From the human T2T-CHM13v2.0 reference genome, Homo sapiens, in the NCBI RefSeq assembly GCF_009914755.1, contig NC_060932.1: a stretch of DNA of 64,000 nucleotides. One strand, written 5' to 3'. Of the stretch, positions 14,005 to 27,260 are shown one piece after another; within the stretch, counting starts at the first letter, position 1, and every line of letters starts with the position of its first letter. The notes beneath the pieces are model-generated. The model worked only from the letters and a program-made list of their open reading frames with translations, had not been told where the DNA came from and ran no database searches. The position numbers and the translations under genes are program-made.

Positions 14005-17000
14005 CTTTTTTTTTTTTTACTTTTTTTAAGATACAAGATGTACATGGGCAGGTTTGTGCTCAATTGCAGTATATCTCAGTGGGTATATTGCAACCAGGTT
14101 GCAAGCATGGTACCTAATAGGTAGTTTTTTGACCCAAACCTCGCTCTCTCCCTCCCGCCTCAAGTGCAGCACAGTGTCTATTGTTCCCATGTTTATGTCC
14201 ATGGGTGTTCAATATTTAGCCCCCACTTGTAAGTAAGACCATATGGTATATGGTTTTCTGTTCCTGCATTAATTTGCTTAGGATTATGGCCTCCAGCTTT
14301 ATTCATGTTGCTGCAAAGGACATGATTTACTTCTTTTTTATGGCTATGTAGTATTCCATGATGTGTATGTACCACATTTTCTTTATCCAATCTGTCATTG
14401 ATAGGCAATGGTTGATTCTCTGTCTTTGCTCTTGTGAACAGCACCGCCACGAACATGTGAGTGCATGTGTCTTTTGGGTATAATGATCTATTTTCCTTTG
14501 GTTATATACCCAGTAATCACATTGCTGAGTGAAATGGTAGCTCTATCTTAAGTTCTTTGAGGAATCTCCAAACTGCTTTCCACAGTGGCTGAATTAGTTT
14601 ACATTCTTACCAACAGTGTATAAGTGTTCCCTTTTCTCCACAGTCTCACCAAAAAAATCTGGGGTTTTTTTTGTTTGTTTTTTTACTTTTTAATAATAAC
14701 CATTCTGACTGCCATGAAATAGTAAGTATCTCAATGTGGTTTTGAAAATGCATTTCTCTGATGATTAGTGATGCTGAGCATTTTTTTTGTATGTTTGCTG
14801 GCTGCGTGTATGTCTTCCTTTGAGAAGTGTCTGTTCATGTCCTTTGCCAACTTTTTAATTTTTTTTTGCTTGTTGAATTGTTTCTGATGCATAGTTTGTG
14901 AATATTTTCTCCCATTCTGTATGTAGTCTGTTTACTCTGTTAATAGTTTCTTTTGCTATGCAGAAACTCTTTAGTTTAATTAGGTTCCATTTGTCAATTT
15001 TTGTTTCCATTGCAATTGCTCTTGGGGATTTAGCCAAAAATTCTTTGCTAAGGCTGAGTTGACAAGGGTATTTTCTAATTTTCTTCTAGGATTTTAATAG
15101 TTTGAGGTCTTACATTGAACTCTTTAATCCATCTTGAGTTAATTTTTGCATATGGTGAAAGGTCAGGGTCTGGTTTTATTACTCTGCATATGACTAGCCA
15201 GTTGTCTCAGCACTGTTTATTGAGTAGGGAGTTCATTACCCATTGATTGTTTTTGTCAGCCTTGACAAAGAACAGATGGTTGTAAGTATGAGGCTTTATT
15301 TCTGAGTTTTATTTTCTGTTCCATTGGTCTATGTGTTTGTTTTTACACAAGTACCATGCTGTTTTGGTTACTGTAGAATTATTGCATAGTTTGAAGTCAG
15401 GTAGTGTGATGCCTCCAGCTTTGTTCTTTTTGCTTAGGATGGCTTTGGCTATTCAGGCTCTTTTTTGATTCTATATGAATTTTAGAACAGCTTTTTTTTT
15501 CTAATTCTGTGAAGAATGACATTGGTAGTTTGGTAGGAATTTCATTGAACCTGTAAATTGCCTTGGCCAGTATGGACATTTTAACAATATTGATTCTTGC
15601 AATCCATGAGCATGGGATATTTTTCCATTTATTTGTGTAGACCCTGATTTGTTTTTATCAGTGTTTCATAGTTCTCCTTCTAGAACCTCCTTGGTTAGCT
15701 GTGTTCCTAGATATTTCGTTTTCTTTGTGGCTGTTGTAAATGGGATTGTGTTCTTGATTTGGCACTCAGCCTGGACATTATTGGTGTATAGAAATATGAC
15801 TAATTTTTTACATTGATTTTGTAATTTTTATCAGTTCTAGTAGACTTTTGGCAGAATCCTTAGGGTTTCCTAGGTATAGAATTATATCATCAGTGAGAGA
15901 GATAGATTGACTTCTTCTTTTCCTATTTGGATATCTTTTATTTTTTCTCTTGCCTGATTGCTCTGGCTAGGACTTCAGTAATATGTTGAATAAGAGTCGT
16001 GAGAGTGGACATCCTTGTCTTGTTCCATTTCTCAAGGAGAATGGTTCCAGCTTTTGCCTAATCAGTATGATGCTGGCTGTGGGTTTGTCATAGATGGCTC
16101 TTATTATTTTGAGACATGTTGTTTTGTTGCCTAGTTTGTTGAGGGTTTTTTTTTTTAATCATGAAGAGATGTTGGATTTCATCAAAAGCTTTCTCTGCAT
16201 CTATTGAGATGAACATATGCTTTTTGTTTTGAATTATGTTTATGTGGTAAATAATATTTATTGATTTGTGTATCTTGAACCATCCTTGTATCCCAGGAAA
16301 AAGCCTGCTTGGTTGTGGTATATTAACTTTTTGATGTGCTGTTGGATTTGATTTGCCAGTATTTTGTTGAGGATTCTTGCATCTATGTTTATCAGGGATA
16401 TTGGCCTGATGTTTTCTTTTCTCATGGTATATATGTCAGATTTTGGTATTAGGCTGATGCTGATTTCATAGAATAAGTTAGGGAGGAGCCTCTCACTTCT
16501 TTGTAATATTTTCATTAGGATTGGTATTAGTTCTTCTTTGTATAACTGGTAGAACTCAGCTGTGAATTCATCTGGTCCAGGGCTTTTTTTGGTTGGTAGG
16601 TTTTTTATTACTAATGCAATTTCAGAGCTCAATATTGGTCTATTCAGGGTTTCAATCTATTCCTGATTCAGTCTCGGGAGATTGTGTTTTTCCAGGAATT
16701 CATCTATTTCCTCTGTATTTTCTAGTTTTTGTGCATAGAGATGTTTACACTATTCTCCAAAGATCTTTTGTATTTCTGTGAGATCAGTTTTAATGTCATC
16801 TTTATCATTTCTGATTGTACTTATTTGGATCTTCTTTTTTTCTTTATTAATCTAGTTATCTATCAATCTTGTTTATTTTTTCAAGTAACAAACTCTTGGT
16901 TTCATTGATATTTTGTATGGATTTTTGCATCTCAATTTCATTAGAGTCTTCTCTAATTTTAGTTATTTCTTTTCTTCTGCTAGCTTTGGGATTGGTTCAT

Positions 17001-17960
17001 TCTTTTTGTTGTAGTTCCTTTAAGTGCAAAGTTAGATTGTTAATTTGAGATCTTTCTAACTTCTTGATAAAGGCATTTGTCACTTTTCTCTTAACTTTCC
17101 TCTTAACACTACTTTAGCTTCATCTCAGAGATTTTGGTAAGTTGTGTCTTTATTTTCATGAATTTGAAAGAATTTTTTTTATTTCTGCCTTAATTTCAGT
17201 GTTTACCTATGAGTTATTGAGGAACAAGTTGTTTAATTTCCATAAATTTGAGTAGTTTTTGAGAGGTCATCTTGATATTGATTTCTGTTTTTATTGCACT
17301 GTGTTCCAGGAATCTCTGTGGTATGTTATTTTTTTGAATTTATTAAGACATGCTTTATGACTGAGCACATGGTCAATGTTAGATTGTATTCCATGTGCAG
17401 ATGGGAACAGCGTATACTTTGTGGTTGTCGGGTGGAGTGTTCTGTACATGTCTATTAGGTCCAGTTGGTCAAGTGTCAAGTTTAAATCCAGAATTTGCTT
17501 GTTAGTTTTTTGCCTTGATGATCTGTCTAATACTGTCAGTGGGGTGTAGAAGTTCCTCACTATTATTGTGTGGTTGTCTAAGTCTTTTCGTAGGCCAAGA
17601 AGAACTTGTTTTATGAATCTGGGTGCTCCAAAATTGAATCAGATGTTGCATGCATATGTATTTAGAATACTTATTTCTTTTTATTGGATTGTACCCTTTA
17701 TCATTTTATAATGTCTTTGTCTTTCTTACATTTTAGTAGTTTAAAATCTATGTTATCTGATATAGGATAGCAACTCTGTTATCTGATATAGGATAGCAAC
17801 TCCTGCTCATTTTGTTTTCCATTTGGGTGGTAAATCTTACTACAGTGGTACAGTGGTAAATCTTAATTTACTTTGCGCCTGTGGGTGTTGTTACACATAA
17901 GCTGGGTCTCTTGAAGCCAGAGATGGTTGGAGCTTGTCTTTTTATCCAACTTGCTGTGTC
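14005..17960 (-). mobile_element. L1 (older primate, L1PA15/16-like), 5'-truncated, ~4 kb
   Basis: Poly-T, then 3'UTR and ORF2 remnants (track ORFs 16258-16632 [15 protein letters not shown]..., 17291-17560 endonuclease region); approximate TSD CAAAGCATTTT/CAAAGCACTTT at 13994/17962. Confidence 0.9.
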
Positions 17961-18368
17961 GCAAAGCACTTTTATGTACAAGTTTTAACTTACTAACGTG
18001 TCACAGAGAATACAAAACTTCTGTGTTTCAGATGTGACTTTTATACTGGAATGGCAACACAAAACATTTTTATTTGGAAGAAGCTGTCTTGTCTGCTACA
18101 CTAAATTGATTTTCAATTGTAACTGATTAATTTGTCAAGAAAAAGTTCACATGGCAATTTGAAAAGAGAGGATTAAAAAGAGGAAAGTTGGTGGCCTTTC
18201 ATAGTTTATGCACATAGTTTATGCCTGAAAGCATTCATTTGTTAAACAACCAAAGCACTGATTCTACTTATGGTAAATATGGCATATATCTAATACTAGC
18301 TACCATGAACATTAATTGAACATTTTAATTTATAGTTTGTTTGATTCGCCATCTTTCAATCCTGGTGA

Positions 18369-18586
<218 letters not shown>

Positions 18587-19339
18587 TAAGTTTTTTCTTT
18601 TAAATATTTATGTATAGGTAGAGACAATATCATTACATTGAACTTTGAGTTTTTCCCCTACAAATCTGCAACCTGTCTTCTTTAAAGTGTGGTAATAGCT
18701 GAGATACGGTGTTACATAAAATTTTACTCAGGATGGTTCATGAGTTACCAAACTTGATGGATAAGAAATCAGATAAGGGGTTAATTATCAATATACAAAT
18801 CTAGATTTACAAATATATTTTGCATTTAATGAAAACTGCGGACATGGCTAGTGCCTCAGAATCTTTTATTGAGCTATTTGCTTATTTTGTTATGAATAAG
18901 ATAGTTACAGTTTATTGAAATTCTTCAAATCAGTTGCATATTATAATGCTCACTTGTTTTTATTTTTGTCCTTAATCTTAAGCAGCTATTTGTTCATATA
19001 TATTATAAAAAACTGTTACTCAATATTTAACTCAATATTTAATATTGTATTTATTTTAAAAGTCCTCGTTTATCAATTTTTTGGAGTTGTGAAGCTTACA
19101 TTTTGCTTTGGAATATTTTTGTTTATTTTAGGATATGTATGTATATGCAGTTGTGTGTATTCTGGCCTTTAGTTTAATCTCAAAGTAGTTGTTGATCATT
19201 AATTCCCCATGAGATACACAATATTTAATATTTTTAAGTTTATCATACAATTATTATTATATTCTAATCAATTTGTTGTTTTTAGAATTACACCACTTAA
19301 TTGGAAAATCAGAATAATAGTCACCAGATCCAGAGATGT

Positions 19340-19750
19340 GTCAATACTCTATGTGATCTCACTATGTCTATTACAACTCTCTTCTCACTTTATTCCTCTA
19401 CGCTACATTCTCCTCTCTGTAGAAGCTGCAAAGCAAAAAGCTCATCTTTTCATTGTAGCTTCAGGTAGCCTTGTGACTCCATTCTGGACAAAGAGTATGT
19501 TGTCAGCTAGTGCAGCTTCTCTGGCTTTGACCTTTCTCCTTCCTAAGGAGAAATGTCTGAGCTGTAATATCCAAAATCCAGGATTATAGTGCAGTAAGTT
19601 ACAGAGAGTCTGGTGCCTTTTGGGCATCATTTAGTGCTACACCAGGCTTACACTGACTTCTTGTTGTACAGAGAAATAAATACCTCTCCTGTTTAAAATG
19701 TTTTATAGATTTTCTAGGACTTGCAGCCAAATGTAGTCTTAACTGATAAT
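19340..19750 (+). mobile_element. Old MaLR/ERVL LTR (MLT1J/K/L-like)
   Basis: 3' terminus GAGAAATAAATACC...TTGCAGCCAAATGTAGTCTTAACTGATA typical of old MLT1. Confidence 0.5.
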
Positions 19751-20127
19751 TAGGTTAACTTTTTGGGATGAGCTTCAAAAACATTTGCATACTATTGCTA
19801 AAACAGGCATGAGACATTGGCCTGGCATCTCCTTAGAATACGTTTTTGGACACAGTGAATACTGTTTTAACATTTAAAATCCCAGTCATGTCTATCATAA
19901 TGCTTTGTAGCTAGTAGAAAATTAAGATATATATGAAGGAATAAAAATTGAGTGAAACAATTTATAAATTATTGGGTACAGCTAGCCAACTTTCCAATTT
20001 TATTTTAATATTAATAGAAGGCATTGGATTATCATATAAAATCAGAAAAATTAAGTTAAGGAGGACCTTAGCAAAGAGATTGGCCGAGCTCATCTAATTC
20101 AGAACCTAGTTACTTAAAATTATTTTT

Positions 20128-20352
20128 ATTTCTCCTAGCTGAATAGTATAGGAAAACTTAACCATATATATGTACACATATATGTGTGTGTGTCTGTGTG
20201 TGTGTGTATATATATATATTTCTCCTAGCTGAATAGTATAGGAAACCTTAACCATATATATATATACGTGTGTGTGTATATATATACGTGTATATATATA
20301 TACACATACCAATACATACCTATACACACACACACACACACACACACATATA
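20128..20352. repeat. 90-bp-period local duplication with compound (TA/TG/CA)n microsatellite
   Basis: ATTTCTCCTAGCTGAATAGTATAGGAAA[A/C]CTTAACCATATATAT at 20128 and 20218, each followed by dinucleotide runs. Confidence 0.9.
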
Positions 20353-21249
20353 TGGGATTATAATATACAACAAAATAGTATACAGAATTATAAGATTATA
20401 CTGGAGTAGAACTAGAGGGAATCTTCATTTTCTAGTCTGAGCCATACATTTTACAAAGAAGGGGAAATAGAAGCCCTCTGGAATATATTCATTGAGCTTG
20501 TCATTCATTCATTTGTGTGAATGGGTTCAATCTGAAGTAGTTCTTTATAGCATAGCAATAGATATAGATAATTAAGGTTCGAATTAATTTTCAGGATCAA
20601 ATAAACTTAAATACTACAAGATAGATCATGAGAAACTAAAATGTTATAATTGGATACAGAGAGGGTCTTTTTCTGTTGCCTTGGAATTACATACTGAAAT
20701 CTAATGTGGGCAAGAAAGCATTAAGCATCTCATTGAAAAAAGTTCTGCCAGCAATTGGTCCCAATACTTTTCTCAGAGTTTTCTAAAAGGAAAGAAACTG
20801 ACAATTACCTTCAGCTCTTAAACCCACTGGAACCTTCACTTTCCGTAATATAAATGAGGACTGAGGAAAGGAAAGGGGTAAGAGAGCAATCTGAGTAATA
20901 AATCTGGAGCCTAGTGGAGAATGCAGAAGCTTTCTTCTCCCTTTTCCACCACTTTGGGGAGGGATGTACTATTTCCTCCCACCCCCCACTGAAGGCCAAA
21001 TGAAGGAAATCTCCAACAGAATTTTTTGTGGCAATTAGAGGAGCTAACAGAAAGGGGATGATAGCATTCTATTCCCTGGTCAGCCATCTACTTAAGCAGT
21101 AAAGTTACTGATCTATCTATCCCTATTCTTATTTCAACACAGAAAAAGATAATTGAAAAGAGGGTAGGTGGATGGGTGTCAGAGAGCAGCCTGTATTTCC
21201 ATTTGTGGGGTGGAAAGGAGTGTTTATCTAGTATTCATGATTGGCAAGG

Positions 21250-21626
21250 TTATATAGCAGGAACAAGCAAATCTAATATGTCAATGCTTAACATACAAAA
21301 GAGGTTTACTTTTTGTTCTTGTATATTTCACTGTGGGTAAGGGGGACTCTCCAGGGTAATTACTTGTTATGTGGTCTAGCAGTCCAGGGTCCAACATCTT
21401 GAAGCTTCACTGTCTAGTGCATGTGGGCAGAGGGAAGAGACTGGAGAATAGGGCATGGGCTTTTTACTACCTCAGCACAGAAATGATACACTTTCTTTAG
21501 GAACTCAGTGGACAGACTCTATCACTTGGCCCCTCCCTAATAGATGGAAATAAGACGTGCATTCCTCTGTGTGCCAGAAGGGGAGGAAAATATCATGTCA
21601 CAAGACTCCAGTAATATCTACCATAA
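21250..21626 (-). mobile_element. Old MLT1 (K/L-like) LTR
   Basis: Degenerate antisense MLT1 motifs ending ...CAGTAATATCTACCATA. Confidence 0.45.
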
Positions 21627-21824
21627 TGAATTTTCCATAGGTCTAATCAACATCATTGAAGATGGCTATGATTGAGCTATTCTAGATGTCATTATGGAAT
21701 GGGAAAGGGAAGTTCAACAGAACATAGTTGAAAGCACTGATTGGAGAAAAATAATAATATTCTCAAATTTATTGCCTATTGAACTGAGATGGCTCACTGA
21801 TCTGCACACATAAGGGAATGGCGT

Positions 21825-22070
21825 GTTTTGAGAGTGCAGGTTCTAGAGTACAACACACTGGGCCCAAATTTAGGCTTTGTTACTCCTTAGTGGTTCATCT
21901 TTTACTTAAGTACTCTGTTTCACTTTTCTTATTTGTACAAATGATATTGTAATAGAACCTTCTTCATGGAGTTGTTTGTGAGAATTAAATGAAATAGTGC
22001 AGTAAATCACCGTGCATAGTATTTAGCAAATAGTACATATTCAGTACATACTAACAGCCATTGTTATTGT
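21825..22070 (+). mobile_element. MIR
   Basis: TAATAGAACCTTCTTCATGGAGTTGTTTGTGAGAATTAAATGA core and 3' end. Confidence 0.7.
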
Positions 22071-22241
22071 TAGGCATTTGGGGGCTTAGGGAAAGGGTGC
22101 ATGCAAGTTGTTTGTGAGAATTAAATGAGATAGTGCAGTAAATCACCATGTATAGTATTTAGCAAATAGTACATATTCAATAAATATTAACAGCCACTGT
22201 TATTGTTAGCCATTTGAGGGCTTAGTGAAAGAGTGCATACA
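21970..22241. repeat. 136-bp tandem duplication (MIR 3' half plus flank)
   Basis: AGTTGTTTGTGAGAATTAAATGA... starts at 21970 and again at 22106; copies differ at scattered positions. Confidence 0.9.
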
Positions 22242-22544
22242 CTAGGAGGTAAACTAGAGATTAAAAAAAAAAGTATGTGGGAAAATATGACAAATTTTTC
22301 TTAATTCAACATTTCTTCTAGGGTCAAGTAAGGGAAACTTTACACATCCCAATGAGCAGAAATATTGTAAAATAATGTTTTTTTTTCCCTACAAAATAAT
22401 TTTAATACTTTGTGCCTGGGTTAGCAGCATCTTGTACTATGACATTCCTATACACACATAAGCATTTTATCCAAGTACAAATGTTAAAAACAGCATAACT
22501 TAAGCAATTGTCTGTACAAAGGTAAGTAGACATAGTAGGTTATA

Positions 22545-25500
22545 TTTTTTCTTTTTATATTTTGTTTTTATTTTTTATTTTATTTTAGATTCAGGAATTA
22601 CATATACAGGTTTGTTATATGGATATATTGCATAATGGTGAGGTTTGGACTTCTTGCCCATCACCCAAATAGTGACCATCATACAGAATAAGTAATTTTC
22701 AGGCCTCACCCCCCTCCTAAGCCCCCCATTTTTAGGGTCCCCAGTGTTTATTGTTTCTATTTTTATGTTTATGTGTACCTGTTGTTTAGCTCCCATTTAC
22801 AAGTGAGGACATGTGCTATTCGATTTTCTGTTTCTGAGTTATTTCACTTAGGCTAATGGCCTCCAGCTCTACCCATGCTGTTGCAAAGGACATGATTTCA
22901 TTCTTTTTGTGGTTGTATAATATTCCATGTTGTATATATACACCACATTTTCTTTATACAATCAACTTTTGATGGACACTTAGGTTGATCCCATGACTAT
23001 GTAATTGCAATTAATGCTATAACAAACATATGAGTGCATGTGTCTTTTTGATATAATGATTTATTTTCGTTTGGGTAGACACCCAGTAGTGCGATTGCTG
23101 GGTTGATGGTAGTTCTTTTTCAGTTCTTTGGGAAATCTCCATACTGTTTTCTACAGAGGTTGTACCAATTTACAATCTCACCAACACTGTATAAATGTAC
23201 CCTATTCTCTGCATCCTTGCCAACATCTGTTGTTTTTTGACTTTTTAATTATAACCATTCTGACTGGTGTAAGATGGTATCTCACTGTGGTTTTATTTTG
23301 CATTTCTCTGATGATTGGTGGTGTTGAGTATTTTTCCATGTTTGTTGGCTGCTTATATGTTTCTCTTTGAGGAATGTCTGTTCATGATGTCCTTTGTCTA
23401 CTTTTTAATGGGGTAGTTTGTTTTTCTCTAGTTGAGGTATTTGAGTTCCATGTAGATTCTAGATATTAGTCCTTTGTCAGAGGCATAATTTACAAATATT
23501 TTCTCCCATTCTGTAAGTTGTCTATTTACTCTGTTGATTATTTCTTTTGCTGTGCAGCAGCTTTTTAGTTTAATTTTATTATTTATTTTTCATTATGTTG
23601 TATTTGCTTTTGGGCTCGTAGTCATAAATTCTTTGCCTAGGCCAATGTCTGAAAGAATTTTTCCTAGGCTGTTTTCTAGGGCTTTTATAGTTTCAGGTCT
23701 TACATGTAATTATTTAATCTATCTTGAGTTAATTTTTATATATGGTGAGAGAGAGGGATTCAGTTTCATTCTTCTTAATGTGGTTATCCAATTTTTGCAG
23801 CACCAGTTATTTAATATAGTGTCCTTTACCCATTGTTTATTTTTATTGATTTTGTTAATGATCAGTTGGTTGTAGATACTCGGTTTTATTTCTGGGTTCT
23901 CTATTCTGTTCCATTGATCTATGTGTCTATTTTTATATTAATTCCCTGCTCTTTTATTTACCCTATTCTTGTAGTATAATTTGAAGTCAGGTAATGTGAT
24001 GCCTCCAGCTTTCATTTCCCTTGGATTGCTTTGGCTATTCAGGCTCTTTTTTGCTTCCATACGGCCTTTAGATTTTTTTTTTAATTTTGTGAAGAATTAT
24101 GTTGATATTTTGATAAGAATTACATTGAGTCTGTAGCTTAATTTGGGAAGTTTGGTCATCTCCATGATATTACCTCCTGCAATCCGTGAGCATGGGATAT
24201 TTTCCATTTGTTGATGTCATCTATGATATCTTTTATCAGTGTTTTGTAGTTCTCCTCGTAGAGATCTTTCACCTTCTTTGTTAAGTGTATTCCTAGGTAT
24301 TTTATTTTGTTGTGGCTATTGTAAATGGGATTGAGTTCTTTATTTGGGTCTCAGCTTGAGGTGATAATTTGTGTATAGAAAAGCTACTGATTTTGTGTAG
24401 GTTGATTTTGCATCCTGAAACTTTACTGAAGTTATTTATTAAGTCTAGGAATCTTTTGAGTTTTCTATGTGTAAAATCATGTCATCAGTGATCAGAGATA
24501 ATTTGACTTCCCCTTTTCCTATTTGGATGTGTTTTATTTATTTATCTTTTTCTTGCCTGATTGCTCTGGCTGAGAGTTCCAGTACTGTATTGAATATAAA
24601 TGGTGATAGTGGACATCCTTATCTTGTTCTGCTTCTTAGGGAGAATGCTTTCAACTTTTCCCCATTCACTATGATATTGGCTGTGGGTTTGTCATAAATA
24701 GCTCTTATTATTTTGAGGTATGTTTCTTCGATGCCTAGTCTGTGGAGGATTTTTATCATGAAGGGATGTTGGATTTTGTCAGAATTTTTTTTGACATCTG
24801 TTGAGATAATCATATGCTTTTTGTTTTTAATTCTCTTTACATGGTGAATCACATTTATTGAGTTGCTTATATTGAACCATTCTTGCATCCCAGGAATAAA
24901 GCCAACCTGATTGTGGTGTATTAATTTTTTTTGGTTTGCTAGTATTTTGTTGAAGATTTTTGCCTCTATGTTCATCAAGAATATTGGCCCGAAGTTTTCT
25001 TGTGGTATGTCTGCCAGATTTTGGTATTAGGCTGATGCTGGCTTCATAGAATGAGTTAGGGAGGTGCTACTCCTCAATTTTTTGGAATATATACAGTGGG
25101 ATTGGTGTAAGTTCTTCCTTGTATGTCTGATAGAATTTGGGGATGAATTCATCTGATCCTGGGCTTTTTTTATTGTTGGAAGTTTTTTTTTTGGTTAATG
25201 ATTCAATTTCATTATTCATTTCTGGTCTGTTCAGGATTTAATTTCTTCTGGGATCTTAGGAGGTTATATATTTCCAGAAATATATCCTAGGTTTTGTGGT
25301 TTGTATGTGTACAGATGTTCATAATAGTCTTTGAGGATCTTTTCTGTTTCTTTAGTATCAGTTGTAATGTCACCTTTATTGTTTCTGATTGTTCTGATTT
25401 GAGTCTTCTTTTTGTTTGTCCTGGTTAATCTAACTAGCAGTGTATCAATTTTTTTCATATTTTCAAAGAACCAAGTTTTTTTTTTTGTTTTTTTTTTTGT

Positions 25501-26195
25501 TTGTTTGTTTTTTTTGATGGAGTCTTGCTCTGTCGTCCAGGCAGGAGTGCGGTGGCGCGACCTTGGCTCACTGCAACCTCCGCCTCCTGGGTTCAGGCCA
25601 TTCTCCTGCCTCAGCCCCCAGAGCAGCTGGGACTACAGGTGTGTTCCACCATGCCTGGCTAATTTTTGTGTTTTTAGTAAGGATGGGGTTTCACCATGTT
25701 GGTCAGGCTGAGAACCAACTTTCATATTACTGATTCCTTGTATGATGTGTTTTTTGTCTCAGTTTCATTTAGTTCATCATTATTTTTTTTTTCTTCTGCT
25801 ACCTTTGGATTTGGTTTATTCTTGTTTCTCAGGTTGCTTCAGGTGTCACATGAGGTTGTTAGTTTGAGATCTTTCTATCTTTTTGATGTAGGCATTTAAT
25901 ACTGTACACTTTCCTCTTAACATTCTTTTTGCTGCATCACAGAGGTTTTGGCATGTTGTGTTTCTGTTTTCATTTTTCTCAAAAAGTTGATTTCTGTGTT
26001 AATTTTATTGTTTACCCAAAAGTCATTTAGGAGCAAGTTAATTAGTTTCCAGGTACTTGTGTGGTTTTGAGAGTTCTTCTATATATTGATTTCTAATTTT
26101 CTTCGACCATGGTCTGAGAAAATGCTTGTTATGATTTTGATTTTAAAAAATTTCCTGAGACTTACTTTATGCTAAATTTATGACCTGACACATGG
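22545..26195 (-). mobile_element. L1 (L1PA16/L1PB-like), 5'-truncated, interrupted by an Alu
   Basis: Poly-T, 3'UTR and ORF2 RT remnants (track ORF 24619-24978 ...[17 protein letters not shown]...[11 protein letters not shown]). Confidence 0.9.
25476..25710 (-). mobile_element. AluS, 5'-truncated, inserted in L1
   Basis: TSD AGAACCAAGTTT / AGAACCAACTTT (25467, 25711). Confidence 0.88.
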
Positions 26196-26214
26196 TAAAA
26201 AAATAAAATGGTTT

Positions 26215-26440
26215 TCATTATTGAGCACTTGCTGTGTGCTAGGCATTGTGTTAAGCACTGGACATATATTATCTCATTTAATTGTATTAATTATTCTTAA
26301 GAAAATTAATTTCTTATTCCCACTAATAGATCAGTAAACTGAAGTCATACAACTAACAGTCATAGAGTTAGAGCACTAACAGTCACAGAGTATCAAGTGT
26401 GCCTGACTCTAGAGCTTGTGGCTTGTGCACCGAACTATTC
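26215..26440 (-). mobile_element. MIR
   Basis: TTATTGAGCACTTGCTGTGTGCTAGGCATTGTGTTAAGCACT...ATCTCATTTAAT. Confidence 0.7.
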
Positions 26441-26607
26441 TGTCACACCATTTATTATTTAAAAGTTATTTTGGAAAAGCAAAATAAACTCCTTAAGATA
26501 ATTAATTAAATGATATTATCTCTCATCCAGTAAGGCAAATGAGTTGAGCTTTATATTCAGAATGGATTGATGCTAACCATACTATACTTTCTAAACAAGA
26601 CCAAATA

Positions 26608-26700
26608 ACAGCGCTTCCCAAACTATTTCCCTTCATAGCACACATAGAAAATGTTAATATACATCATATACTTGAATAAACATATGGGACTTGGAGATGT
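26608..26700 (+). mobile_element. hAT-Charlie DNA transposon end (may extend further 3')
   Basis: Charlie-type TIR CAGCGCTTCCCAAACT followed by CATAGCACACATAGAAAATG. Confidence 0.35.
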
Positions 26701-26782
26701 TTATATGAGGTTTGGTAATAATTTGTATTATAATTTTATTTATCATAATTATAAAAATAAAAATAAATACAAAGTCTCATGA

Positions 26783-27260
<478 letters not shown>

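Noticed and set aside
18915-19630. 85-126 aa hydrophobic ORFs
   Set aside because: AT-rich or LTR-derived chance ORFs with no splice or family evidence
22322-22521. Possible 200-nt cryptic exon ending AAG|GTAAGT
   Set aside because: Short acceptor tract, frameshifting and stop-rich; such donors occur by chance in 64 kb
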